A stretch of 64,000 bases of DNA from positions 2,822-66,821 of the forward strand of contig CAZZCA010000002.1 of NCBI GenBank assembly GCA_964653055.1. Direction: 5' to 3'. Positions 37,192 to 46,229 of the stretch are shown in pieces. Made by a program: the position numbers and the translations under genes. Below the pieces are notes generated by a model. That model did no database searches, had not been told where the DNA came from, and saw only the letters and a list, made by a program, of their open reading frames with translations. This DNA is from an uncultured Desulfobulbia bacterium. Its GTDB lineage: Bacteria > Desulfobacterota > Desulfobulbia > Desulfobulbales > SURF-16. Within the stretch, counting starts at the first letter, position 1, and the number at the start of each line of letters is the position of its first letter.

Positions 37192-38322
37192 TTATTGGCA
37201 GGTTGCCAGGGCAATGACCAGTTCAGTGGTGCGAACCATATTGCTCAGACTGATTTTTTCGGTACAGGAATGAACCTGTTCCATGCCGATGCCGATAATG
37301 GCAGTGGGCAGGCCGAGGTTGTTGAGGATGTTGGCATCACTGCCGCCACCGGCCCGGCCCATGCTTAGGTTGCGCTGGAGCAGGCTGGCGGCCTTTTGAG
37401 CCTGTTGGCATACCGGATCTTCTTGCGAGAGCTGCATCAGGGGGTATTGGGGGCTGCTTTGAAATGAGACAGCCGGGTGGCCGCCAATGGTGCAGCGGGG
37501 GTCGTGCCAGGAATTGACGGTCTGCTGGAAGATGGTTTCAAAATAATGCTCCAGCTCCCGGAGTCGTACCTGGCTATGACTGCGAATTTCCCCTGCCACC
37601 AGAACATGATCCGGAATGATATTGGTTGCCCCACCCCCCTTGATGGAGCCGATATTGGCGGTGGATTCAGGGTCAACCTGTCCCAAGGGGAGCTTGCTAA
37701 TGGCCTGGGCTGCCAGCTTGATAGCATTGATCCCCTCATCGGGGTGGAGCCCGGCGTGGGCTGCCCGCCCTCTTATTTCGGCCCTGATCTCCACTGCTGC
37801 CGGCGCACCAATGATCAGGTTGTCGATTCCGGTTGCGTCCAGGGCGTAGCCATAGGCTGATTCAATAAGGGTTTGGTCCAGGTGCTTAGCTCCCAGCAGG
37901 CCGATTTCCTCACAGGTGGTAAACAGCAGCTCCAGAGGGCGATGGTTGAGTTTCTGCCCGGACATAACGGCAACGGCTTCCAGGAGAATGGCTATACCGG
38001 CCTTGTCGTCGCCCCCCAGGACGGTATCTCCTGCGCTGGTGAAATAATCATCTTGCCGCTGGACCTTAACCCCGATACAGGGATCAATTACGTCAAGATG
38101 GCAATTGAAGAGGATGGGCTGGCCTTTGCCTGCCAGGGAAAAAAGGATATTGCCGGTATCAGAGCCGGTAAGGCTTGCGGAACTGTCTTCAGCAAGCCGG
38201 CATGGGCTCAGCCCAGGAATAAGTCGTTTGAGGTGTCGGGCCAGTTTTCCTTCTCCCCGGGAAGGGCTGTCGATTTCACAGAGGGTGCTGAAGGTCTGGG
38301 CCAGTCGTTCCGGATTAATCAT
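37192..38322 (-). CDS. M20/M25/M40-family metallopeptidase (peptidase T-like)
   Basis: 376 aa with HLDVID, GGDDKAGIAILLEA, and EEIGLLGAK motifs. Confidence 0.8.
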   Translation of the reverse strand: MINPERLAQTFSTLCEIDSPSRGEGKLARHLKRLIPGLSPCRLAEDSSASLTGSDTGNILFSLAGKGQPILFNCHLDVIDPCIGVKVQRQDDYFTSAGDTVLGGDDKAGIAILLEAVAVMSGQKLNHRPLELLFTTCEEIGLLGAKHLDQTLIESAYGYALDATGIDNLIIGAPAAVEIRAEIRGRAAHAGLHPDEGINAIKLAAQAISKLPLGQVDPESTANIGSIKGGGATNIIPDHVLVAGEIRSHSQVRLRELEHYFETIFQQTVNSWHDPRCTIGGHPAVSFQSSPQYPLMQLSQEDPVCQQAQKAASLLQRNLSMGRAGGGSDANILNNLGLPTAIIGIGMEQVHSCTEKISLSNMVRTTELVIALATCQ

Positions 38323-38355
38323 TTGTTGTGGGAGGGTTTAGCCTGCTTCAACAAA

Positions 38356-38787
38356 TCAGGCGACATCGCTTACCGGCTGGGTAAGGGATACCTCCATGGC
38401 CCGCACCGGACATGCTGTAACGCATAGACCGCAGCCCGTACATTTTTCCGGGTTGAAGAGAACAGCCATGTCGGGCCGATTGATATAAAGGGCTCCGGTT
38501 CGACAGATACCGGTACAGGCACCGCATTGGAAGCATTGGTTCTCGTCCCGATGGATGATGGTGGCTAAAGATTTAACCTTGATGCCGAAACCTTTGAGAA
38601 AATCAAGAGCCTTGCCTACATTTTCCTTGTGACCCACCAGCTCGATAACCATCAGACCTTCGTTCTGGGGCAGGATGGTGGCCTTGAGAATATTGAATTC
38701 TACCTCGTAATGCTTGACGATTTTGCAGATAATAGGCTGGTCGCTGGTTTCTTTGGGAAAGCGCAGCACATAGATGCGTGTATACAT
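38356..38787 (-). CDS. NIL domain + 2x[4Fe-4S] ferredoxin domain protein
   Basis: 143 aa. N-terminal NIL-like fold (PIICKIVKHYEVEFNILKATI). C-terminal CFQCGACTGIC and CTGCGLCVTACP clusters. Confidence 0.8.
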   Translation of the reverse strand: MYTRIYVLRFPKETSDQPIICKIVKHYEVEFNILKATILPQNEGLMVIELVGHKENVGKALDFLKGFGIKVKSLATIIHRDENQCFQCGACTGICRTGALYINRPDMAVLFNPEKCTGCGLCVTACPVRAMEVSLTQPVSDVA

Positions 38788-38913
38788 AAATTTTTCAGGG
38801 CAATTATTCAGCCGGAGCTGAAAATATTTATCTGGATTTTACTATTAATAATTTGAACAGGATTAAAACATTACCACCTTTGTCCCTGCTGTCAAGTGTG
38901 TTATAGAGGGGGA

Positions 38914-39300
38914 ATGGATCAGGTAAGTGATGAAGAGCTTATTAAGACCATTGCCGAATTTGTCGAGGCTGGTCATGTGGAGAATATCATGGCCATGTTC
39001 CGTCAGGACTCTACCTCTTTTCGTTTTTGCGGGGAGCTCCTTAAGGATGAAAGGTTCATGGTGCGGATGGGGGTGGTTCTTCTCTTTGAACAACTGGCCA
39101 TGGAGGATTCTAATCAGGTGGCCCTGGCCCTACCCAGCTTAAAGCCCTTACTTGCCCATGAAGAGGCCTATGTGCGGGGTGAGGCGGTGACTGTTCTTAC
39201 CATTATTGATACGCCGGAGGTGAAGGAACTTCTTACCCCCCTTCTTGCGGACCCTGAGGCTCAGATTAGAGAAATAGTCAGGGATTATCTGGCTCTTTAG
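38914..39300 (+). CDS. HEAT-repeat protein
   Basis: 128 aa from the ATG preceded by GAGGGGGA. HEAT-like repeats (VRMGVVLLFEQL, YVRGEAVTVLTII, IREIVRDYL). Confidence 0.6.
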   Translation: MDQVSDEELIKTIAEFVEAGHVENIMAMFRQDSTSFRFCGELLKDERFMVRMGVVLLFEQLAMEDSNQVALALPSLKPLLAHEEAYVRGEAVTVLTIIDTPEVKELLTPLLADPEAQIREIVRDYLAL

Positions 39301-40241
39301 TTTTTATCCATGGACAGGAAAATGCCTTCCAGCAGACCATGGTCGCTGACGGTTATGGATTTGTTGCCGGATATCTGGAGAAAGGACTGAATTACCAGGG
39401 CCCCGGCCAGCAGGATACGACCTCTGCCATCCTCCAGACATGGCAGGTTGTTTCTTTTTTCAGCATCCATTGCTGCCAGTTTGGCGATAATGGCGGAAAT
39501 TGTCTTGAGGTGCAGGCGACAGCCGTGGACAATTTCTTCCCTATAGGTTTGCAGTTTAAGGGCCAGGGCTGCAAGACTGGTTGCGGTGCCGCCGGAACCA
39601 ATGAGCATGGGTATTTTAGATTGGTGGGCAAAGGCCTGGTTTAAGGTCTTGTGTAAAAAATGGCGACAGGCCCTGACATTGTCAGTACCAGCCTGGTTGC
39701 CCGGGAAGAATTTTTCAGTTAAGTTCACTGCTCCCAGAGCCAGGCTTATGGGGGGAGAGGGACCGGTGGCGATATACTCGGTGCTTCCGCCGCCAACATC
39801 AAGTACCCCGAATGGCCGGATAATTGGCGTTAGCCCCCTGATGGTGGCCAACAGGGTAAGTTCAGCCTCCTGCTGACCGTTGATGATCTCCAGGGTGGTT
39901 TTGAGGATGTCCTGGCATAAGATGCTGATATCTTCATTGTTTGCTGCCTGGCGTAGGGCCTGGGTCCCGCAGATTTTAATTGCTGCTGGCTGATATGGTT
40001 TAAGTTGGCGCTGAAACTCTTCCAGGGCAGCCCTTGCCCTACTGCAGGCTTTGGCTGAGATCATGCCGTTTTTGTTCAGGTTGCCAGTCAGGCGGACGGT
40101 GATCAGGCCTTTATGGAGAACTTCAATTTTATTATGATGCTGGCGACCGATGAGAAGACGAAAGGAGTTGCTGCCAAGGTCCATGGCTGCCCGGACAGAG
40201 TTGTTGGATTTATTTGCTGTCGGCTTGTCAGGAGTGGTCAT
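39297..40241 (-). CDS. Ppx/GppA-family phosphatase
   Basis: 314 aa with ASKHA-fold motifs AAMDLGSNSFRLLI, DVGGGSTE, and GSGGTATSLA. Confidence 0.88.
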   Translation of the reverse strand: MTTPDKPTANKSNNSVRAAMDLGSNSFRLLIGRQHHNKIEVLHKGLITVRLTGNLNKNGMISAKACSRARAALEEFQRQLKPYQPAAIKICGTQALRQAANNEDISILCQDILKTTLEIINGQQEAELTLLATIRGLTPIIRPFGVLDVGGGSTEYIATGPSPPISLALGAVNLTEKFFPGNQAGTDNVRACRHFLHKTLNQAFAHQSKIPMLIGSGGTATSLAALALKLQTYREEIVHGCRLHLKTISAIIAKLAAMDAEKRNNLPCLEDGRGRILLAGALVIQSFLQISGNKSITVSDHGLLEGIFLSMDKN

Positions 40242-40264
40242 CTTTTGAACCAGGGAAAAGGCTT

Positions 40265-40858
40265 ATGTTGAATATTAATCCGGATAACCCCCAGCCCCGC
40301 TTAATCAGCCAGGCGGTGGAGGCCTTGCGCCGGGGAGCTATTATCGCTTATCCCACTGATACCCTTTATGGTATTGGCTGTGATATATTTAACCAGAAGG
40401 CGGTTAAGCGTATCTTTCAGATTAAACGGCGAGCCAAAAATAAACCGTTTAGTTTCATGTGTGCTGATCTGAAAGATGTGAGCCGTTATTGCTATCTTTC
40501 CAATATGGCCTATCGGCTGATGAAAAAAAGCCTCCCCGGCCCATATACCTTTGTCCTGCCGGCGATGAAACTGGTCCCCAAGATTATGATGACCAAGCAG
40601 AAGACTGTTGGCCTCAGGGTTCCGGATAATAATATCTGTCGACACCTGGTAGCGGAGCTGGGTAACCCCATTTTGACCACCAGTGCCATGCAGGAAGATT
40701 TCCTCAGTGAGGCGTATCAGGTTGAAGATTCTTTTGGTAACCAGCTTGATCAGGTTATTGATGGCGGCCCGGTTATCCCGGACCTGTCAACTGTGGTTGA
40801 TCTCACCGGCGATGCCCCCCAGGTCTTGCGTGAGGGGAAGGGACAGGTCTATTTTTAG
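40265..40858 (+). CDS. tsaC: L-threonylcarbamoyladenylate synthase (TsaC/YrdC family)
   Basis: Motifs IIAYPTDTLYGIGCD, KRIFQIKRRAKNKPFS, LPGPYTFVL, GLRVPDN, STVVD. Start placed at MLNINPD; the longest ORF starts at 40214. Confidence 0.9.
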   Translation: MLNINPDNPQPRLISQAVEALRRGAIIAYPTDTLYGIGCDIFNQKAVKRIFQIKRRAKNKPFSFMCADLKDVSRYCYLSNMAYRLMKKSLPGPYTFVLPAMKLVPKIMMTKQKTVGLRVPDNNICRHLVAELGNPILTTSAMQEDFLSEAYQVEDSFGNQLDQVIDGGPVIPDLSTVVDLTGDAPQVLREGKGQVYF

Positions 40859-41136
40859 CCCTTGACCAGAGGTTCCTTAATGGCCTTACTCATGGTGAAA
40901 TGAACGGTCTTGCGAACCGGGATATGCATCATTTTGCCGGTTCGGGGGTTCTTGGTGGAGCGGGCCTTTCGCTCTCGAACACTGAAACTGCCCAGTCCGC
41001 GAATCTCCACCCGTTTGCCCTCTTCCAGGGCTTCACTGATGGTGTCGAGAACAATATCAACGGCGTGATCAATGTCTTTTTTAAGGAAACCGTCCATCTG
41101 GGCGGCAATGGTATCGATAAGGTCTTTTTTGAGCAT
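40855..41136 (-). CDS. ihfB: Integration host factor beta-like (HU/IHF family) DNA-binding protein
   Basis: 93 aa with EIRGLGSFSVRERKARSTKNPRTG. Lies downstream of rpsA, as in the E. coli rpsA-ihfB arrangement. Confidence 0.88.
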   Translation of the reverse strand: MLKKDLIDTIAAQMDGFLKKDIDHAVDIVLDTISEALEEGKRVEIRGLGSFSVRERKARSTKNPRTGKMMHIPVRKTVHFTMSKAIKEPLVKG

Positions 41137-41161
41137 TATTTTTCCTGATTGAGCTATGTTT

Positions 41162-42091
41162 TTACTGGGCTATTGGCCATTGATAGAATAAAAGCGGTCG
41201 CAGAACTGGAATGACTGTCTGCAGGCTATTTGCCATGGCATCTGTTTTAATTAAGCTTAACAGGGAAAAATCTTCTTTCCCCGGATAGTACAGGTTGGGC
41301 TCAGTGGCTCTGATTCCACCTAAGCTGGCGGCCAATGCTACTGCATCATAAAAATTGCCAAGTTCATCGATCAGACCCAGGTCCCTGGCCTGTTCTCCGG
41401 AAAAGATCCGGCCGTCAGCCAGTTTACTCACCGTGTTTCTATCTAAATGCCGTTGGCTGGCAATATCGCGGATGAATTGCTGATGGACATTGTCGATCAG
41501 GTTCTGGAGAAGCTCACGTTCTTCTGCGCTCATGCTGCGGCTGGCAGAACCAATGTCTTTTAATTCGCCGCTTTTGACAACTTCATTTTTATAACCGATT
41601 TTTTCAAAGATTTCCTTAAGATTAGGAAATTTAAGGATAACACCCATGCTGCCGGTGACCGTGCCCGGGTTAGCTATGATTTTCTCTGCCCCAAGAGCGG
41701 CATAATAACCACCTGAAGCGGCAACCGAGCCCATGGAGGCGATGACGGGTTTGTTTTTATTGCAGCGTTTGATCTCGCGGAATAGTTCCTGGGAGGCACC
41801 AACGGCACCGCCGGGGCTGTCAATCCGGACAATTATGGCCTTGACCCGATCGTCCTGAGTCAGGGCGACCAGGTGGGCCATATTTTCTTCAGGGGCGGTA
41901 ATTATTCCCTTCAGGTCAACGACCCCGATGATATTGTCCTTGGCAAGGAGATGCTGGTCAGCTGTGTTGTTGAAAATGCTGCCCAAAAAAAAGGTTATTC
42001 CCGCCATGAAAAGAAGACCCAGGGCTCCCAGGATGAAAAATCCTGTGAGCACCGGGTGCCTTTGGTGGAATAACCTTTTATTGGTGGTCAT
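41162..42091 (-). CDS. sppA: Signal peptide peptidase SppA (36K type)
   Basis: 309 aa with an N-terminal TM helix, plus RIDSPGG, ASGGYY, and GSMGV motifs. Confidence 0.9.
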   Translation of the reverse strand: MTTNKRLFHQRHPVLTGFFILGALGLLFMAGITFFLGSIFNNTADQHLLAKDNIIGVVDLKGIITAPEENMAHLVALTQDDRVKAIIVRIDSPGGAVGASQELFREIKRCNKNKPVIASMGSVAASGGYYAALGAEKIIANPGTVTGSMGVILKFPNLKEIFEKIGYKNEVVKSGELKDIGSASRSMSAEERELLQNLIDNVHQQFIRDIASQRHLDRNTVSKLADGRIFSGEQARDLGLIDELGNFYDAVALAASLGGIRATEPNLYYPGKEDFSLLSLIKTDAMANSLQTVIPVLRPLLFYQWPIAQ

Positions 42092-42108
42092 TGGAATTGA
42101 TCAGCTTA

Positions 42109-43827
42109 TCAGTCAGATTCCTGGTCGTCCAGTTTGTTTTTCAGTAAATCGCCAAGGGTGGATGGGCCGCTGTCTTCCTGCTGGGCCAGGTCCGCCATGG
42201 TGCCATTGCTGCTGTCATCGGTAAGAGCTTTGATGGACAGACCGATTTTCCGATCTTTGGGTGATACTGAGATAACCTGAGTCTCGATGGTATCGCCTAC
42301 ATTATACATACCCACCGGGCTACCAACTTTCTCTTTGCTGATTTCAGAGACATGAACCAGGCCTTCAATTCCGTCTTCTACCTCAACAAAGATGCCAAAA
42401 TCAGTAACATTGGTGATTTTGCCGTCGACCTTGCTTCCAACAGGATAGGTGGTAACTGCTTCCTGCCATGGGTCAGGGGTAAGCTGCTTGATGCCAAGGG
42501 AGAATCTTTCATTTTCCCGATCAATCTTAAGCACAACTGCCTGAATGGTCTGGCCTTTGCTGTATTTCTCGGAAGGATGCTTGATCCGTTCGGTCCAGGA
42601 GAGGTCAGAGACATGGATAAGACCGTCAATTCCTTCTTCAATACCGATGAAGATACCGAAGTCAGTGATGTTTTTAACCTGACCTTCGATAATGGAGCCT
42701 GGGGGATAATTGTCAATAACCAGGTCCCAGGGGTTGGGCTGAAGCTGTTTCATGCCCAGGGAAATCCGTTTGGCGCTGACATCGATATTAAGAACTACGA
42801 TCTCGATATTGTCGCCAACCGATACAAGCTTGGAGGGGTGCTTGGTCTTTTTCGACCAGGACATCTCGGAAACATGAACAAGTCCCTCGACTCCCTCTTC
42901 CAGCTCAACGAATACACCGTAATCGGTGATGCTGACAACCTTGCCGTTGGTTTTGGAGCTTACCGGATAGGTTTCTTCAACAGTTGACCAGGGATCTTCC
43001 TTAAGCTGTTTAACACCCAGGGATACTTTGTCGGTATCCTTGTCATATTTGAGAACCTTGACCTCAATCTCTTCTCCCACCTTGAACAGCTTGGAGGGAT
43101 GGGAAACCCGGCCCCAGGAGAGGTCGGTGATATGGCAGAGCCCGTCGAGGCCGCCAAGGTCAACAAATACACCGTAATCAGTGATATTGGTGATGCTGCC
43201 TTTAAGAATTGCATTTTCGGTGAGGGTGTCACGCATCTGTTCCCGTAATTTATTCCGGGCTTCTTCAAGAATGGCCCGCCGGGAAACAACGACATTGTTC
43301 CTCTTTTTATTATATTTGAGAATCTTGAAGTCAAAGCTTTCGCCCAAGAGACTGTCAAGGTCCTTAACTGGTCGTAGGTCGATCTGGGAGTATGGCAGGA
43401 AGGCGGGGACACCGATATCAACCGAGAGTCCGCCCTTAACCCGGCTGTCAATGCGGCCGGTAATGGTATTATCATCTTCCTGGATTTTGGCGATGTCTTC
43501 CCAGACCTTGATGGCAATGGCTTTTTCATAAGAAAGTTTAAGCCCGCCCTCTGCTTCCCGTTTTTCGACAAATACATCGTAAGTATTGCCTACTTCAACC
43601 GGGGTGTCTTCTTCGCTGGTGAATTCGTTTAAAGCAATTTCGCATTCCGATTTGTCGCCAATATCGAAAAGGGCGAATGAGCTGGAAAGACCGATTACGG
43701 TTCCTTCCACGACTTCACCGACTGTGGCTATGCGTAATTGTTCCTCATTGAACAGATCAGCAAAGCTCATTTCATCTTCAACGGCCCCAATGCCGTCAGG
43801 TTGTGTTGTTGTTTCGTTGTTACCCAT
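42109..43827 (-). CDS. rpsA: 30S ribosomal protein S1
   Basis: 572 aa with six S1 repeats (recurrent G.V..ITDFG.FV....GL.H.SE patterns). AGGAGG Shine-Dalgarno upstream. Confidence 0.97.
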   Translation of the reverse strand: MGNNETTTQPDGIGAVEDEMSFADLFNEEQLRIATVGEVVEGTVIGLSSSFALFDIGDKSECEIALNEFTSEEDTPVEVGNTYDVFVEKREAEGGLKLSYEKAIAIKVWEDIAKIQEDDNTITGRIDSRVKGGLSVDIGVPAFLPYSQIDLRPVKDLDSLLGESFDFKILKYNKKRNNVVVSRRAILEEARNKLREQMRDTLTENAILKGSITNITDYGVFVDLGGLDGLCHITDLSWGRVSHPSKLFKVGEEIEVKVLKYDKDTDKVSLGVKQLKEDPWSTVEETYPVSSKTNGKVVSITDYGVFVELEEGVEGLVHVSEMSWSKKTKHPSKLVSVGDNIEIVVLNIDVSAKRISLGMKQLQPNPWDLVIDNYPPGSIIEGQVKNITDFGIFIGIEEGIDGLIHVSDLSWTERIKHPSEKYSKGQTIQAVVLKIDRENERFSLGIKQLTPDPWQEAVTTYPVGSKVDGKITNVTDFGIFVEVEDGIEGLVHVSEISKEKVGSPVGMYNVGDTIETQVISVSPKDRKIGLSIKALTDDSSNGTMADLAQQEDSGPSTLGDLLKNKLDDQESD

Positions 43828-43945
43828 TGGACAATTCCTCCTGCCTCTATATTAAAAAAAACATTTTATACCAGAGCCATATGGCAAAAACAACAATATA
43901 TATCGAAATTAGCGTAAAAAAATGACCTTAAGGCTGATTATGCCA

Positions 43946-44383
43946 TTATTTTTCCTGACTTTGGAAATAATCATCCATGATTTTGCCATGATCAAAAACA
44001 AGGGGGGGGAGCTTATCTTGGGGGAAAATGGCTGCTTCGCTGGCGTCATCAGCCCCCATGGGGGCACCGCTGGCAGTGGCGGTGAAGACGGTGGTTACCG
44101 TGTGAAAACGGGGGTCCCGTCCCGGCTCTGAATAGCTGTGGAGCTGACCGGTTAATTTTACCTGAAGCCCCGTCTCCTCAAGGGCTTCCCGGCAGGCGGC
44201 CTCTTCCAGGCTTTCGCCGTAATCGACAAAGCCGCCGGGCAGGGCCCAGCCATGGGGAGGATTTTTTCGTTTGATCAGGACGATTCCCTCTTCCAGCTCG
44301 ATAATGATATCAACCGTGACCAGGGGATTCCGCCATGTTTTGATGGTGTTGCCGCAATGGGGACAGTTTTGCTGATCGCTCAT
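43946..44383 (-). CDS. NUDIX hydrolase with N-terminal zinc-ribbon
   Basis: 145 aa with CPHCGN and the Nudix box [24 protein letters not shown]. Confidence 0.88.
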   Translation of the reverse strand: MSDQQNCPHCGNTIKTWRNPLVTVDIIIELEEGIVLIKRKNPPHGWALPGGFVDYGESLEEAACREALEETGLQVKLTGQLHSYSEPGRDPRFHTVTTVFTATASGAPMGADDASEAAIFPQDKLPPLVFDHGKIMDDYFQSQEK

Positions 44384-44415
44384 TTTATCACCGCTTGGGA
44401 TTTGTCCGGGCTTGA

Positions 44416-45015
44416 TTATTCAGCAGGTTCCTGGGGCAGGCAAAGTCTGCGGATGCAGTGCCAGCTTTTTACTGTGGGCAGGTTATGCCGCCCCTGGTTC
44501 CATGGTTGTTTGAAGACAATGGGGGAAAGACCTTCTTCTGCAAGCCGGATGCAGGTGCTGGCCCGGTCGTCGATGAAGTGCCTTAGGCCGGCCTGGCGGA
44601 TATGATGGCCTTTATTGTCGTGTTCACCGGTGGCGATCAGGGTCATCTCTTGGCAGATCTCCTCTCCCAGCATAACCTCCAGCCATTGCTGGATGGGTTC
44701 TCTGGTCGGTCGGGCAGTGATGAAGGTCAGGGGGGCGGCAGTGGCCAGTTCCGAGAGGACCTCCACTGCATGGGTCATGGGTTTTAGTCGGCAGGTTAGG
44801 GGTTCAGTCAGGATCTGCTGAAAAATTTCATCAACAATGCTCTGATCCAGGTCAAGGCAATCTTCTACCTGAAAGGCGGTGATCTCTTCCGGCCTGACAG
44901 TCAGGCCATGGTCTTCTCGGGCCAGCCGGATGAAGGCCTCCATAGTGTCAGCCACCACGCAGTCGATATCAAAGCCTATTAGCCCGGGTTCAATTTTTAT
45001 CATTTCTCTTTTCAT
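44416..45015 (-). CDS. HAD-superfamily hydrolase (NT5C/5'-nucleotidase-like)
   Basis: 199 aa with HAD motif [10 protein letters not shown], motif II FITAR, and motif IV FIDDR. Confidence 0.6.
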   Translation of the reverse strand: MKREMIKIEPGLIGFDIDCVVADTMEAFIRLAREDHGLTVRPEEITAFQVEDCLDLDQSIVDEIFQQILTEPLTCRLKPMTHAVEVLSELATAAPLTFITARPTREPIQQWLEVMLGEEICQEMTLIATGEHDNKGHHIRQAGLRHFIDDRASTCIRLAEEGLSPIVFKQPWNQGRHNLPTVKSWHCIRRLCLPQEPAE

Positions 45016-45127
45016 TAATATTTTCTAACTACACCCTCAATTATTTTAGTTTAATCTCTGGCAATGATCAGGGCAAGAGCGCAATGCGTTCATCTTCTTA
45101 TTTAAGTAGGTCTGTTTGCGGCTTTTC

Positions 45128-45156
45128 TTGACAAATATGACCAAGAGGGTCATAGT
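45128..45156 (+). promoter_or_regulatory. Sigma70-like promoter (TTGACA-17 nt-CATAGT) with embedded perfect palindromic operator TATGACC-N5-GGTCATA
   Basis: -35 TTGACA at 45128-45133 and -10 CATAGT at 45151-45156. The inverted repeat at 45136-45154 occupies the spacer and overlaps the -10. It lies ~100 bp upstream of the fabK-like ATG. Confidence 0.5.
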
Positions 45157-45254
45157 CGCTTCATATTTTAATGTTAAATTTGCGTAATTGGTTGAAGTAG
45201 GGCTGTTGCGATGAGATTATCAAATACTGCACTTAATTTATATAAGGTCAAAAG

Positions 45255-46229
45255 ATGAAACTTCCTCCTTTAAAAATAGGCCGATTTACCGCCCCGATTC
45301 CCCTTGTCCAGGGCGGAATGTCGATTCGGGTATCAACTTCGGCCCTTGTGGCCCCGGTGGCTGAATGTGGCGGGATCGGTACCATTGGCGGGTCGGCAAT
45401 TCCAAAGGAAGAACTGAAGGCAGACATCCGTCGGGCCAAGAGCCTTACGGATGGCATTGTGGCGGTTAATATCATGTACGCCATGAAAAATTTCAATAAT
45501 ACAGTGATGGCCTCCATCGAGGCCGGAGTTGATATGATTGTCACCGGTGCTGGTTTTTCCCGGGACATCTTTAAAATCGGCCGCGAGACCAATACCCCCA
45601 TTGTCTCCATAGTTTCGTCACCGGCCTTTGCCCGCCTTGCTGAAAAGATGGGTGCTGCCGCCATTATTGTCGAGGCCAAGGAGGCCGGTGGTCACCTGGG
45701 AACCGATATCGCTCTGCGCGACCTGTTCCCGGAGATTAGAAAGGTGGTGAAGAAGGTACCCCTGATAGCTGCCGGCGGCATTACCAACGGCTATGAGATG
45801 GGCGAGATGATGGATAAATACGGGGCGGATGGGGTGCAGATAGCCACTCGTTTTGTCATGACCAAAGAATGCTCGGTTGATGATAATTTTAAAGAGGCCA
45901 TGCGTAAGGCCACGGCAGAAGACGTGGTTCTTACCTCTTCACCGGTGGGGATGCCCGGTCGGGCTATTAAGACCCCTTTTATCCAGAAGCTTGCCGCCGG
46001 CGATCTTGAGGCGGTGAAGAAATGTAAGTATAAATGCCTTAAGAAATGTGACCATCATTATTGTATCAGCGAACGACTGATGCAGGCCCGGGACGGTAAT
46101 CTGGAAGAGGGACTCTTCTTTACCGGGGAGAATGTTTATAAAATGAACGATATCCTGACGGTACAGGAGGTTTTTGATCAATTCACCTCCCAGGCGGAAT
46201 CAGTTTACCGGGAAGGTAGCCGCGGATAA
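45255..46229 (+). CDS. NMO/FabK-family FMN oxidoreductase (nitronate monooxygenase / enoyl-ACP reductase II-like)
   Basis: 324 aa with PLVQGGMS, ECGGIGTIG, EAKEAGGHLG, and AAGGI motifs. Confidence 0.85.
   Translation: MKLPPLKIGRFTAPIPLVQGGMSIRVSTSALVAPVAECGGIGTIGGSAIPKEELKADIRRAKSLTDGIVAVNIMYAMKNFNNTVMASIEAGVDMIVTGAGFSRDIFKIGRETNTPIVSIVSSPAFARLAEKMGAAAIIVEAKEAGGHLGTDIALRDLFPEIRKVVKKVPLIAAGGITNGYEMGEMMDKYGADGVQIATRFVMTKECSVDDNFKEAMRKATAEDVVLTSSPVGMPGRAIKTPFIQKLAAGDLEAVKKCKYKCLKKCDHHYCISERLMQARDGNLEEGLFFTGENVYKMNDILTVQEVFDQFTSQAESVYREGSRG

Noticed and set aside
43946-45015. NUDIX hydrolase plus NT5C-like HAD hydrolase pair as a nucleotide-depletion defence module.
   Set aside because: Both are small, ordinary housekeeping-type enzymes downstream of rpsA. 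No sensor or effector partners and no mobile context are present, and nothing in the sequence sets them apart from common homologs.
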